A stretch of 63,575 nt of DNA, the filler included, from Octopus bimaculoides (lineage: Eukaryota), in NCBI RefSeq assembly GCF_001194135.2. It is 5 parts of 5 records of this genome, joined end to end, with 100 filler letters (N's around TTAATTAATTAA, not from the genome) between each part and the next. Parts side by side here need not be neighbours in the genome. Positions count along the whole stretch, not along the records: positions 1 to 31,689 come from NC_068998.1; positions 31,790 to 45,192 come from NC_069004.1; 3 more parts are not named here. One strand, given 5' to 3'. A program made the translations under genes and the position numbers. Below the pieces are notes generated by a model, which saw only the letters and a program-made list of their open reading frames with translations, was not told the origin of the DNA and ran no database searches. Below are positions 24,791-37,341 of this stretch, piece by piece (position 1 is the stretch's first letter; every line of letters starts with the position of its first letter).

Positions 24791-26699
24791 GGGGATCGTG
24801 GTGTTTGTGGGGTTTCTAAAAGCAACCCTTGGAAGTCTCCCTCTTTTGAAGATTTATTATGATTTTTATTGTTATTTCCTTTTTACACGATTTCATCGCA
24901 CACACACACACACACACACACATACACATATATAAAAAAATCAATTGAACAGATATATCTTAACAGAAACGTGAAAGAAAANNNNNNNNNNNNNNNNNNN
25001 NNNNNNNNNNNNNNNNNNNNNNNNNNNNNNNNNNNNNNNNNNNNNNNNNNNNNNNNNNNNNNNNNNNNNNNNNNNNNNNNNNNNNNNNNNNNNNNNNNNN
25101 NNNNNNNNNNNNNNNNNNNNNNNNNNNNNNNNNNNNNNNNNNNNNNNNNNNNNNNNNNNNNNNNNNNNNNNNNNNNNNNNNNNNNNNNNNNNNNNNNNNN
25201 NNNNNNNNNNNNNNNNNNNNNNNNNNNNNNNNNNNNNNNNNNNNNNNNNNNNNNNNNNNNNNNNNNNNNNNNNNNNNNNNNNNNNNNNNNNNNNNNNNNN
25301 NNNNNNNNNNNNNNNNNNNNNNNNNNNNNNNNNNNNNNNNNNNNNNNNNNNNNNNNNNNNNNNNNNNNNNNNNNNNNNNNNNNNNNNNNNNNNNNNNNNN
25401 NNNNNNNNNNNNNNNNNNNNNNNNNNNNNNNNNNNNNNNNNNNNNNNNNNNNNNNNNNNNNNNNNNNNNNNNNNNNNNNNNNNNNNNNNNNNNNNNNNNN
25501 NNNNNNNNNNNNNNNNNNNNNNNNNNNNNNNNNNNNNNNNNNNNNNNNNNNNNNNNNNNNNNNNNNNNNNNNNNNNNNNNNNNNNNNNNNNNNNNNNNNN
25601 NNNNNNNNNNNNNNNNNNNNNNNNNNNNNNNNNNNNNNNNNNNNNNNNNNNNNNNNNNNNNNNNNNNNNNNNNNNNNNNNNNNNNNNNNNNNNNNNNNNN
25701 NNAAAATACAGCCCCGTCTCTGTTCCCCTGTTCGTCCCAAACAGCTGAAGGAAGTATCACTTCATTCTGCACACACCTGCCACGTTGAACCTCTCTCATC
25801 CTGGCCCATCGAACAAATTTTTTTCCTTCCTAAGAGTACACACCCTAGCTCTGACAACACAACCTTCATGCACACAACACAAATGTAGTTACATTCTTGA
25901 AATATAAAAAAATCAATTGAACAGATATATCTTAACAGAAACGTGAAAGAAAAACAATGCATAGCGTATTAAGACTCAAGAAAATGATACTAACATTGAG
26001 AAGCAGTCTCTTCTGGGTTAGTCCGTGTGCATTTTATCCATATCGAATAAAAGGAATCATGATTACATAAAGAAAAATTTAATATTCGGAGGCAAAAAAG
26101 ATGTTTGGATTGCTATTTCTGCACGGAACAAAAAATGTCCATTCCATCTAACAAATTGTGTGTGGAATTCGAGATTTTTGTTGGAAATATGGCTTGAATA
26201 ATGACGTGATTTTAGTCATTGTGCGGTCATAATCATTATTTTGTATAAAATTTTAGATTACTTCTCAAATAATCAGTACAACATGGGGTTTAAGAATCTG
26301 AGTTTGTTTTTGTCAAAAAAACATTTTGAAATACAATGAATAATGTTAGCAAATTTCGCATAAAATTTCCTACTGGATTCTATATTTTTATTTTATTTCA
26401 ATAATGTGTTTAAAATGAATCCTGTCTGTCATAATACTGTTTCTATGGATGAAGCTTCAACACAGTCAAAGGGTATTCGTTTTAAATTTGATGGTTTTTA
26501 TGTCTCTTTCTTCAGGAACAAGCTGAGATATTATTGGTAAACAGTCGGCGGTGTTGAAGAGCATAATAATTAAAGACGTGGCTCAGGAAAAGTTAGTTAC
26601 TGGAAAAGAGTGACCGGTATCATGATACTTCATGCCGAGTATCAAACTACGAACATCATGACTGCAGCTCAGTTTTCTCTGGACCCTGTAAAGGCTGCA

Positions 26700-27059
26700 C
26701 AACGTGACATGGAGATCATAAAAGTTCCCTCAAACTGTGATGGTCTTTGGGTGTGTCTCTAGTGAGGGTGACATCATGCCGCCCTACATCTTTGAAGAGG
26801 GCATTAGGCTCAACTCAGACGGCTTTGCGAAGCTGCTGGAGACTGGTCAAACGCTGACTGGAGAGGATTGCTGCTGAAAGACCATATGTGTGGCAATAGG
26901 ATTCGGCTCTTTGTCATCCCGCCGGAAAGAGTCAGAAGTGGTTGTCGGAGAATTTCTACGATTTTGCCAGCCCCAATTTCTGATCTCTTAATCCCTCTGG
27001 TTGTAATCCTATGGATTGCTATGTGTGGGGTGCAGTTGAGAAAAAGACACCAACTGCTC
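26700..27059 (+). mobile_element. maT/DD37D-like (IS630-Tc1-mariner) transposase fragment
   Basis: KFPQTVMVFGCVSSEGDIMPPYIFEEGIRLNSD..RPYVWQ*DSALCH..SQKWLSENF..NPMDCYVWGAVEK; truncated at the foldback element. Confidence 0.82.
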
Positions 27060-27107
27060 AAGCGAAGAAAGCAAGCTAACAGATGTTTTTTTTTAATGCG
27101 TTATCTC

Positions 27108-27162
27108 TATATTGAATCAGTTTCGGGATTAATCCAACGGATTTTCCCCTCATCAGCAGAGA
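27108..27162 (-). ncRNA. Hammerhead-like motif, left arm of foldback element 1
   Basis: Minus strand CTGATGA GGGGAA AATCC GTT GGATT AATCCC GAAA CTGA TT CAAT. Core and stem II are intact; stem III has a C-A mismatch. Confidence 0.55.
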
Positions 27163-27443
27163 ATACGTTAAGAGATAAATGAAATACTTACAAGCACCCA
27201 TGGTAAAAAACAGAAGAAAGAGTCAGGTGTACATATAAGTACCCCAGTTATATCTTAATATAAAATTCCTTAGCGACTGGGACCACACTAAGTTGTGATT
27301 CCTGACCGATCACACGTTTGTTGAGGCTCATTAAGGAATTTTATATTTAGATATAACTGGGGTAGTTATTTGTACTCATGACTTTTGCTTCTGCTTTTTT
27401 CCATGGGTGCTTGTAAGTATTTCATTTATTTCTTATTGTATTC

Positions 27444-27495
27444 TTTATTGATGAGGGGAAAACCAGTTGGATTAATCCCGAAATTGATTCAATAT
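27444..27495 (+). ncRNA. Hammerhead-like motif, right arm of foldback element 1 (C3 to U)
   Basis: TTGATGA (27448-27454) GGGGAAAACCAGTTGGATTAATCCC GAAA (27480-27483) TTGA TT CAAT. Confidence 0.45.
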
Positions 27496-28901
27496 AGAGA
27501 TAACGCATTTAAAAAAATTCTGTTAGCTTCCTTTCCTTGATTCAGTACAATGTGTATTTATAGTGATGTATATTGTATGTCTATTTCTCAGCATATTGGC
27601 ATAATTGTTTTTTCTTTTGGTCTTATTTATAATTATATATATATATATATATATATANNNNNNNNNNATACATACATACATACATACATACATACATACA
27701 TACATACATACATACATACATACATACATACATACATACATACATACATACATACATACATACAAACATACATACATACATACGTATATACATACATACA
27801 TGTCGATTAGAAAGCCTCTACACGGTCACTCGACCAACTAGAAACATCTGTCAAATTTCTCTCGATTCACACCCCTCTGTTATTTAAAAAAAATCGCATT
27901 CGATAATGTACTCTGGGGTATAATACAGCTGAAAAACGTTGAATGATGAGGGATAGAATGTCATTGTGTACAGGCTTTGATCGACCAGGGCCGACTTGGG
28001 GGAAAACAATAAAAACATGTGTTAGTGGTATTCCCCACCATCGCTAACATCAACACTGTCACCAACCGTCCCTTTGTTTGCTGAAATTCGGCCTTGTATC
28101 CAAACTGTATATTTTTTCCTTTCGAATATTTTCCCTTTCTTTTTCATATACGGTATTGTTTATTTTGATTTACTAATATCCGATTTATATAAGAAAGAAA
28201 TTGTCTTATCTCCTTTTCTCTCCACAGCCTGTTTTCTTCCTTTTACCTTCCCCATCAAACACATAGTCTAATGGCTGCCCTACAAAACTGCAATCAAGTA
28301 TCAGGAAACATTTTGTGACGGGGGACATGTTTTCTATAGTACTGGAAGTCACTCTGATTTGCAGAGGTACAGAATAAAGTATGCGAAGCTCAGATTTTAT
28401 TAAGATATCCTGTCTAATACTGCTGTAACAATTAAAACTACGGAATTTTTATTTATTCATTTATTTTAAAAATTGGTGCTTAGTTTTAAAGCAACCCCCG
28501 GTTTAACAGCATTATCTGGTTCATGTGCGCTTCGAGTAATATCAATTCTAGCACAAGCGTTCATAACCAGTTTGAGGATAACACAGAGCTTTGACATGCT
28601 TATTCCGATTGCGTTTCCCTTGTGTAAAGACAGTTTGTCAGAGAGCAAAGGAATGAGAATGTTTCCCAGTAGAGTATCGTTGCCAGATAACGTATCAGGA
28701 AGCTGGTTTAACTATCAACTGACACAAAGATAAAACATATTCTTCCTCAGGTGATGATAGGTATCCCAGTAAGCAAGAACTTCTGTTAGCCCACCTACGG
28801 CACTGACTTCCAGATGGCTCTTATAAGAATCTATAAACCGTGTGGGGAAAATTCTCTTTTCTGACACTAATCTCAGTGGACTATAGTCCAGCTTTCTTTC
28901 A

Positions 28902-29590
28902 GCCATAAAACTAGCATAACAGCTCCAGGATCTAATTCTGTGGGATTTCAAGATAGCTAATTGATAGGAAATCCACTAACGAAAATCACGCATCGTATTC
29001 TTCATTGAGACACTAAATCTCACGCCCTCTAACTCTAACCTATACCTGCTGCCCAGGATATCCTCTGAATATTTGAATATTCACATTGAATATTAAAAAT
29101 TGAATATTCACATTAAATATTAAAAATTGAATATTCACATTAAATATCACTTAGTTCTATCACCTAAATTTCAGCAACAAAATTTTCCACTTACACTAGT
29201 TGAATACCTCGCTTCCTCATTGCATTACGTTCATCGATTATTTCTACTGTTATGTAAATTCCTCCAACGAGTGTCAGTCACTGTCGTTTCACACCTTGTA
29301 TTGAGGACATTTATCTCATCTCACATTCTCAATACTCATACACGATTTTGTTGTCGTAGCTCCGAATCACTTAAAATTCTGAAATGTTTCCATTCTTACT
29401 GCTAACAGATACACCAATGCATCTAAACCCGGTCTCTATACAGCCATCACCATCTCAATACTTATCCGATTATCTGATTACTATCTAATCAAAGCAATGT
29501 ACTTCAATTCCTATCGCATAACAGCTCCAGGATCTAACACTTTGGCATTTCAAAATAGCTAATTGATAGGAAATCCACTAGTTTTATGGC
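28902..29590. repeat. Composite unit: 13-bp terminal inverted repeats, 64-bp subterminal direct repeats, internal 27-bp tandem repeat
   Basis: GCCATAAAACTAG (28902-28914) and CTAGTTTTATGGC (29578-29590). Direct copies of cataacagctccaggatcta..gataggaaatccacta at 28915-28978 and 29517-29580. tgaatattcacattRaatattaaaaat x~2.7 at 29074-29147. Confidence 0.7.
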
Positions 29591-30753
29591 AGCTACTCTT
29601 GATTGTAAATCCAGTTGATTCTCGACCCATGTATCACAGCTAAGTCGGTGACCAAAACTATCTTTATAGCCACATTTATCTATAGCATTCGCACAGCTAA
29701 AACTTATAATCCCAAATATCCAAATGATTTACCTGTATATGTACAGAGATCGACCACTAACTGCCACATCTGGAGGAAATCACTTACTTTCACAAACGAG
29801 ATGCTTTTTCTTATCACAGCCTGCCAGCTCTCCCATCTTTCTAATCACTGCAAGCAGTGAATTCTTCAGCAAAGACGGCTATGTCAGCAGCTTCACGCTC
29901 AAAAAGGATTCCGTATTTTGCTTACAACTCTTCATTACCTTCACTCAACAAACCTACCAAACTATTCTATTGTGTGTCTTAATCAGTGATTACTTAGAAG
30001 CAGTTCTATATTCCAACACAACAAGGCGACCGCTCACTTCCATCAATCCCCAAATTCTCAGTATAAACATTCCGCAATTATTGGAAGACACTGCGTGTCC
30101 CATTGTCCCAGAATCCAACCTTTCTTAACGTCATATCACTCTACTTTCAGAATCTACAAGGTGTTGGAAACAACTCTAGCTTGCTACTTGCCAACCTTCA
30201 CTTTTGTTGCTAGGGCCAACATGGCTCTCTCCGACATCACCTCTACCACATGCTATCCCTTCTAAAAGGACACTCCTCTGAAGATGGTACCTCCTAGATA
30301 TTCCTTATACGTGTGTCATCCATACACAATCTGAACATATTACTTCATGTCTGTACTGTTAACATCAATCTAGTCTCTTTCGATAGAGATAGACTTGCCA
30401 CACAAGAAAACAATTTTATGTAACATATTTTCTGCATAGAATTAGATTAACACACACTAAAGTATTCAAAGTTGCTGAAAAAATCTGGATTTACATTCTC
30501 TGATAATCTTTCCATGGCATCCAGAAAACTGCCTCACAAAATTGGAATTCCTGTTTAGGGCCATAAGACACTTGAAATCCTGATTAGTTGCTGACATAAC
30601 TGCTCGGAATACGACTCACACGTCTGGAACGTTGTTGTTGTCACAAACACATACAAACATATGAGACTGCATTCAAAACACGATCATTTGATGGATTGGC
30701 ACATATTTGCTCAGAAATACGCCACACCTTCTGGCTCATACGTTTCCCGCACA

Positions 30754-30817
<64 letters not shown>

Positions 30818-30982
30818 CAGGCATCTATCTACATCAGCAATATCAATCATAACAGTGTGGGTGGGCCTGTAATGAATTCTCCTGGGTGATAATCCTCCTC
30901 CTTTCACTAATTTACACGAAACAAAATCCTGTTTTCATTACAAATACACCGTAGAAAAATGGCTTTCAAAAACTCTACGCTG

Positions 30983-31037
<55 letters not shown>

Positions 31038-31405
31038 CGCATGCGCATGCAAGCACACTCGCACACACGCACACATACACACACTCTCTCTCTATGTCTC
31101 TCTATTTCTATCACTTTCCTTCCCTCTCTTCTCCCTCTCTCTTCCTCTCTTTCCTCCCCTTTCTTCCTCTCTCCCTCCTCCCCTTTCGTCTTTAAGCTTT
31201 TCTTCTCTCCTTCTCTCCCATCTTCTATCACCGTTTCCCTCTCTCATTCCCATTTCTCTCCCCCTCTCTCCCTTTCACTTTCTCTTCTCATTTAAATATC
31301 AAATACTGTAAATAACCAACACTTTTTATCAATGGAAATTCAACGCACCATCCTAGTTTGAACTGATACGGAGTAAGAAAAGATTAGCTCACCTGACTTA
31401 TTAAA

Positions 31406-31689
31406 TACTAGCAGTATAACCCGACCTTGTCCGGGTGTGACTTATTATGCCATCTACGATAAGTCTTGCTAGCTGAAAATCAACTAAAAAAGAAAGCCTT
31501 ACAACGAAAAAACCCTTATGATGTAAATATGTTCATAATTCAAAAGACGATGAAATTAATAGGGAAAGTCTGAAGGCTGTTTTGCGTAAAATTATTAAGC
31601 ATACGTAAATTTCATCCGCGTAATTGGCTATAGAAATGCTTGTGCAAAACAACTTTTTGCGCTGCCCTGATTATACATAGCAGGGTAAT
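31406..31689 (+). mobile_element. Probable 5' end of a non-autonomous Helitron-like element
   Basis: Starts TACTAGCAGTATAACCCGACCTTGTCCGGG, resembling recalled Lep1-type Helitron 5' ends; cut by an assembly join. Confidence 0.45.
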
Positions 31690-31789
31690 NNNNNNNNNNN
31701 NNNNNNNNNNNNNNNNNNNNNNNNNNNNNNNNNTTAATTAATTAANNNNNNNNNNNNNNNNNNNNNNNNNNNNNNNNNNNNNNNNNNNN
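31690..31789. other. Artificial scaffold-join spacer (44 N + TTAATTAATTAA + 44 N)
   Basis: Exactly 100 bp; the palindromic 12-mer has stop codons in all six frames. Confidence 0.95.
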
Positions 31790-32147
31790 TATATATGTAT
31801 GTATGTATGTATACATATATATATATATATGTATATATATTCTGTAGACTGATGCCTGTGGGAAACAAGTGTTGAGAGGTTGGGGCTTAGTGAGGGGCTG
31901 GCGGTGGTGGGGTGGGGTGGCAGTTTCTTCATAGGAAGGACCAGGGTAGACTGGTGTTTAAGGCACTGTTTATTTGTTGTTGTTTTTCTGTGTCCTTGTA
32001 CTTCCACCCAGCCACCCTTGTTATCTGATCTGATTGAACAGACATATGATCTGAGACGTTCCACCTCTGACCATCCCAGCTTTTCCTATTTAAGGCTAAG
32101 ATTACACTGTTCACGTCTCCTTATTTCTTTGATTTTGTTTTTAAGAT

Positions 32148-32320
32148 AGGTGCAAGAATGGTTGTGTGGTTAAAGAGCTTGCTTTGCGATCGTGTGGTTT
32201 CAGGTTCGGTCCCACTGTGTGGCACCATGGCCAAGTGTCTTCTACTATAGCCTCAAGCTCACCAAAGCCTCATGAATGAATTTCATTGATGGAAACTGTG
32301 TGGAATCCCATCATATATAA
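32148..32320 (+). mobile_element. tRNA-headed SINE 5' half
   Basis: tggttgtgtggttaaagagc..ggttcggtcccactgtgtggcacc..caagtgtcttctactatagcctc. Confidence 0.8.
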
Positions 32321-32329
32321 CTTTTATTT

Positions 32330-32535
32330 TGTATTTTTTACTTGTTTTAGTCTTTGAACTGTGCCTATGCTGAGGCATCACGTTGAAGAATCTTTTAGTC
32401 AAATAAATCAACCCAGTGTTTATTTAAAAAATTTTTTTTGTGAGCCTGGTACTTATTCTATCAGTCTCTTTCGCTGAACTACTAAGCTATAGGGACATAA
32501 ACACACCAAAACCAGTTGTCAAGCTGTGGTGGGGG
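32330..32535 (-). mobile_element. SINE 3' half, inverted
   Basis: Reverse complement of the ..ttagcggttcggc..gatagaataagtacc..cagcatggcc.. family. Confidence 0.75.
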
Positions 32536-34186
32536 AAAACACACGATCTCCCAGATAGTAACACACTTTTTTTTCGTAGGCAAAAAGAATAAATAACGAA
32601 TCCATACTGTAAATCGAATGAACTGAAAACCAATCAAGATAAGACATTAATATATATAAGTACATATGTTTATCTCCCTGCTATTACAAATAACTATGTT
32701 TCTGTGTAAAAATATACACATGCATGTATTCACGTCATCAGTAGGACCTCAAGAGACACAATTCTTCAAAATAAACTCATTTATATACACTTCTAGCTGA
32801 CGTCAAGCAAATATATCCTCAATGCATTTCAGGAATATTTACAGTAATGGATCCAGTTTCTTAGATTTAAGATTTTGTATTCAATCTTTTCAAGCACTTT
32901 GATATGAAGAACCTACCTCTAGAAATGTGCTTCTTCAAATTTATGATGTTTTGACTTGGTTTGACTTGGTTTGCGGTACCTTGTGGTATTGGCACATATC
33001 AAGACGAGTTTGTTTTCAATTAGTTTGTTTCAAATAACCATCTTTCTTCTGGTTGTGGTTGTGCTGATGATGTTTATGTGTGTGTGAGTGTGTATGTGTC
33101 AGTGAGTATGTTTGTATTTGTATGTGTGTGTATAAAAAGTAAAATTGAGTTAGGCATTTGACATACATTTTGTATGAATACAATATGTGTGTGTGTGCTA
33201 GTGTTAGGAACATAAATTGTGACTAAGGTTTGGTGGAAGATTTTAACTCAGAACTTAATGAAACAAGATATTTGTACACGGAGCCAGAGCCGGTTTCAGC
33301 CGGCTTGGTATCGAAAGGGTTAGTTTCCCAAGCTTATAAATACTATTTATGTTTAGAGCTCCATGTAGATTAACTTCATCCACCAGACTGTTTCTAGACT
33401 AGTTTGTCTACTATACAACTGTCTTTGATGATCTGGTGTGGTTAAGCATCCAATTGTGCTTGGAACATCTAATGCAGAATTCTAAACATATAGGAACACA
33501 TGATATAAACTTAAATCCAACAGGTTCCTCGATTCTAATCACATCTGCAATCAACCAACATATAAAACACAAATAGATTGGCACATTTTGATAAACACCT
33601 TTCTGTTCAGTTTCCAGCTATAAAATTACTACTAAAGTTACACTCAGAATGCTCTAACCAACCCAAGGCTATGATCATAGATGCCATTTTAAACAAATGT
33701 GTCATGCTGTAGGAATGATTCTGGGAGCCATAATGGTTGTCTAGTGAATGTCTTAATAAACAGAGCTGTATACTTTGTATTTATTTATTTATGTAAATAT
33801 CTCTGAAATTGCAAAAGAGCATGGAACAAATATTGAGGAAAAACAAAAATAAAAGAGGGGCGGGGGTAAATGAATGGGGGGAACATAGCATTCCAATTAG
33901 TGACAAGCTGACTATTATCCCTAAGTCCTTTTATAGGAAATAGGGGTAAAAAAAAAATGCAACCCCTAAGAAAATAATTATGTGTACAGACCACCTACTG
34001 TTAAAAGATGTTTGTGAGTGATAACTACGCATTCTATGTGTATAAATATATACATACACACAAGCACGCACACACACACACACACACACATATATACGTA
34101 TGTACACACACATATATATATATACATATATATATGTATATATATGTATGTTTATGTATAATACAAATAATATATGAGTATATGCA

Positions 34187-34234
<48 letters not shown>

Positions 34235-34674
34235 NNNNNNNNNNNNNNNNNNNNNNNNNNNNNNNNNNNNNNNNNNNNNNNNNNNNNNNNNNNNNNNNNN
34301 NNNNNNNNAGGATTTTCCTCTGGGTTTTCCATCAGTTCCAGTTCGTTGAGAGAATTCCTAAGTGGATTCGTCATCATTATTAAATAATATAAAATTCATA
34401 TTTAAATAAGGATGGTCAGTGTAAAAAAAAAAAACAAAGAAAATAAACAAGAAAGTATATATGATATGTGTGTGTGTGTGTGTGGTATCTTGCCTGAAGA
34501 CTCTAACAATACTCAGAATAGCAACAGATTGACTCTACCAAAATATACAGATGCTGTTAATAACTGCTCTGGTATTGAGTACATTTTCTTCAGACTCTCA
34601 ACATTAAACGTATATGCGTTGACCGTTGACTGAACACTATTCAATTTTTTTTCTCCGTGTTTTTCTCCTTGTCT

Positions 34675-34810
34675 CCGTATTCTTTCTGTTGAAGAGCGTA
34701 GCTCGAAACGTCAAAGACTTTCTGTATTCCCGAGCGTCATACTAATATATCCTTTTGTTATTTACACCACCTGTCCTCGTCTGTTGTTGTTTTTTCGTAC
34801 ATTCTCCCAT
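34675..34810 (+). mobile_element. Hammerhead-bearing interspersed repeat (retrozyme/PLE pLTR-like), copy 1
   Basis: ~130 bp nearly identical to the reverse complement of 52248-52380; both copies end in (TA)n. Confidence 0.75.
34681..34717 (+). ncRNA. Minimal type I hammerhead motif with CUGUUGA core
   Basis: Stem I TCTTT/AAAGA; core CTGTTGA plus extra A; stem II GAGC-GTA-GCTC; GAAA; palindromic stem III ACGT; GUC cleavage triplet ending 34712. Confidence 0.7.
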
Positions 34811-35869
34811 ATATATATATATATATATATATANNNNNNNNNNNNNNNNNNNNNNNNNNNNNNNNNNNNNNNNNNNNNNNNNNNNNNNNNNNNNNNNNNN
34901 NNNNNNNNNNNNNNNNNNNNNNNNNNNNNNNNNNNNNNNNNNNNNNNNNNNNNNNNNNNNNNNNNNNNNNNNNNNNNNNNNNNNNNNNNNNNNNNNNNNN
35001 NNNNNNNNNNNNNNNNNNNNNNNNNNNNNNNNNNNNNNNNNNNNNNNNNNNNNNNNNNNNNNNNNNNNNNNNNNNNNNNNNNNNNNNNNNNNNNNNNNNN
35101 NNNNNNNNNNNNNNNNNNNNNNNNNNNNNNNNNNNNNNNNNNNNNNNNNNNNNNNNNNNNNNNNNNNNNNNNNNNNNNNNNNNNNNNNNNNNNNNNNNNN
35201 NNNNNNNNNNNNNNNNNNNNNNNNNNNNNNNNNNNNNNNNNNNNNNNNNNNNNNNNNNNNNNNNNNNNNNNNNNNNNNNNNNNNNNNNNNNNNNNNNNNN
35301 NNNNNNNNNNNNNNNNNNNNNNNNNNNNNNNNNNNNNNNNNNNNNNNNNNNNNNNNNNNNNNNNNNNNNNNNNNNNNNNNNNNNNNNNNNNNNNNNNNNN
35401 NNNNNNNNNNNNNNNNNNNNNNNNNNNNNNNNNNNNNNNNNNNNNNNNNNNNNNNNNNNNNNNNNNNNNNNNNNNNNNNNNNNNNTCTAGTGAAGCACTG
35501 ACTCAGCTCTTGCAGTCAATCTATTGTATTCTTCTTCTTGCTGCTGTTGCTACTGTTGTGATTATTGCTGTTCAGGTGGTGGTGGTGGTGGAGATGATGT
35601 TGTGGTCATGGTGCTGGCGGTGTGATGATGGTAGTGGTCGTAGTGTTGGTGGTATTGCATATGGTCATAGCGATGATGGTGCTGGTTGCGGCGGCAGCAG
35701 CAGTGGTGGTGCTGGTTGAGGCAGCAGTGGTGCTGGTGGTGGTGGTGGTGGCAGCTGTGGTGATGGTAGTCATGGTAGGAGTGGTGGTGACAGTTATTGT
35801 TGCTGTTGTAGTTGTTGTTATTAGTATTTTTTATGGTTGCCGTTATGTTATCATTATTATTGTTATTGC

Positions 35870-35918
<49 letters not shown>

Positions 35919-36489
35919 ATTGATGTAACTTTACCTATTTATCTATACATATATATGTGTGTGTGTATATATATATATATANNNNNNNNNNNNNNNNNNN
36001 NNNNNNNNNNNNNNNNNNNNNNNNNNNNNNNNNNNNNNNNNNNNNNNNNNNNNNNNNNNNNNNNNNNNNNNNNNNNNNNNNNNNNNNNNNNNNNNNNNNN
36101 NNNNNNNNNNNNNNNNNNNNNNNNNNNNNNNNNNNNNNNNNNNNNNNNNNNNNNNNNNNNNNNNNNNNNNNNNNNNNNNNNNNNNNNNNNNNNNNNNNNN
36201 NNNNNNNNNNNNNNNNNNNNNNNNNNNNNNNNNNNNNNNNNNNNNNNNNNNNNNNNNNNNNNNNNNNNNNNNNNNNNNNNNNNNNNNNNNNNNNNNNNNN
36301 NNNNNNNNNNNNNNNNNNNNNNNNNNNNNNNNNNNNNNNNNNNNNNNNNNNNNNNNNNNNNNNNNNNNNNNNNNNNNNNNNNNNNNNNNNNNNNNNNNNN
36401 NNNNNNNNNNNNNNNNNNNNNNNNNNNNNNNNNNNNNNNNNNNNNNNNNNNNNNNNNNNNNNNNNNNNNCATCATCATCATTTAATATC

Positions 36490-36750
36490 CGCTTTCAAAC
36501 CGCTAGATTATGGGGAAATAAATACACCAACATTGGTTGTCAAGTGATAGTGGTGGGGACAAGCACCGACACACAAACATATATATATATATATATGTAT
36601 ATATATATGTATATGACGGGCTTCTTTCAGTTTCTGTCTACCAAATCCACTCTTTGGTTGGCCCGAGGCGATAGTAGAAGACACTTGCGTAAGGTGCCAC
36701 ACAGTGGGACTGAACCTGAAACCATGTGGTTGGTAAGAAAACTACTTACA
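36490..36750 (-). mobile_element. tRNA-headed SINE with internal (TA/TG)n
   Basis: Minus head ..ccaaccacatggtttcaggttcagtcccactgtgtggcacc.., then body, microsatellite and tail. Confidence 0.8.
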
Positions 36751-37044
36751 AGTAACATTTTTTAAATATTTCTTAGGTATTATATAAACACACACACACA
36801 TATACATATACATGCATGCAGGCTGCCACAAATTCCCATCTGCCAAATCCTGGTTGTGAGACATTCGTCTACATGCAGCAGTTTATAGTAAACGCCGTTT
36901 TCCCAAGATAATGTGCACTGGAATCAAACTCAGAACTATGTGTGCGCACGCACACACACACACATGTATATATAAATGTAATGTATATATATATATATAT
37001 GTGTTAATGCACATGCATGTGAGGGTAGGCTGTATGTGTGTGTA

Positions 37045-37076
<32 letters not shown>

Positions 37077-37123
37077 ATGTATATATGTGTGTATGTGTGT
37101 GTTTGTGTGTATANNNNNNNNNN

Positions 37124-37170
<47 letters not shown>

Positions 37171-37302
37171 CATACATGTGAGCATGTGTGTAAATGCGTT
37201 TATATACATATATGTACATGTGTAAATATTATGTGCACATATATATATATATAATTTTCCAGAGGATGTGTATATATGTGTATATATGTGTATATATGTG
37301 TG

Positions 37303-37341
<39 letters not shown>

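Larger units (their letters stand above)
27058..27540. mobile_element. Foldback element 1: ~210-bp diverged inverted arms, 59-bp spacer, hammerhead motif in each arm
   Basis: 27058-27272 is the reverse complement of 27332-27540 with scattered mismatches, e.g. tgcgttatctctatattgaatca.tttcgggattaatccaac and aaatgaaatacttacaagcacccatgg. Confidence 0.9.

Noticed and set aside
24920-25952. ~50-bp direct repeat tataaaaaaatcaattgaacagatatatcttaacagaaacgtgaaagaaaa on both sides of a gap
   Set aside because: An identical copy ending exactly at a contig edge is most likely an unresolved contig overlap.
27090-27515. Apparent TTTAA target-site duplication around foldback element 1
   Set aside because: The inverted symmetry continues ~35 bp further out (aagctaacaga / tctgttagctt), so TTTAA is internal to the arms.
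30130-30570. Decayed coding-like stretch (LDAMERLSENVNPDF; MDDT)
   Set aside because: Fragments are too short and frameshifted to assign to a gene or RT family.
33370-33570. Possible minus-strand exon (NSALDVPSTIGCLTTPDHQRQLYSRQTSLET)
   Set aside because: Short, with ambiguous splice sites and no recognisable domain.
35500-35830. Gly/Val-rich ORFs
   Set aside because: Degenerate (GGT)n low-complexity tract with no splice or domain support.
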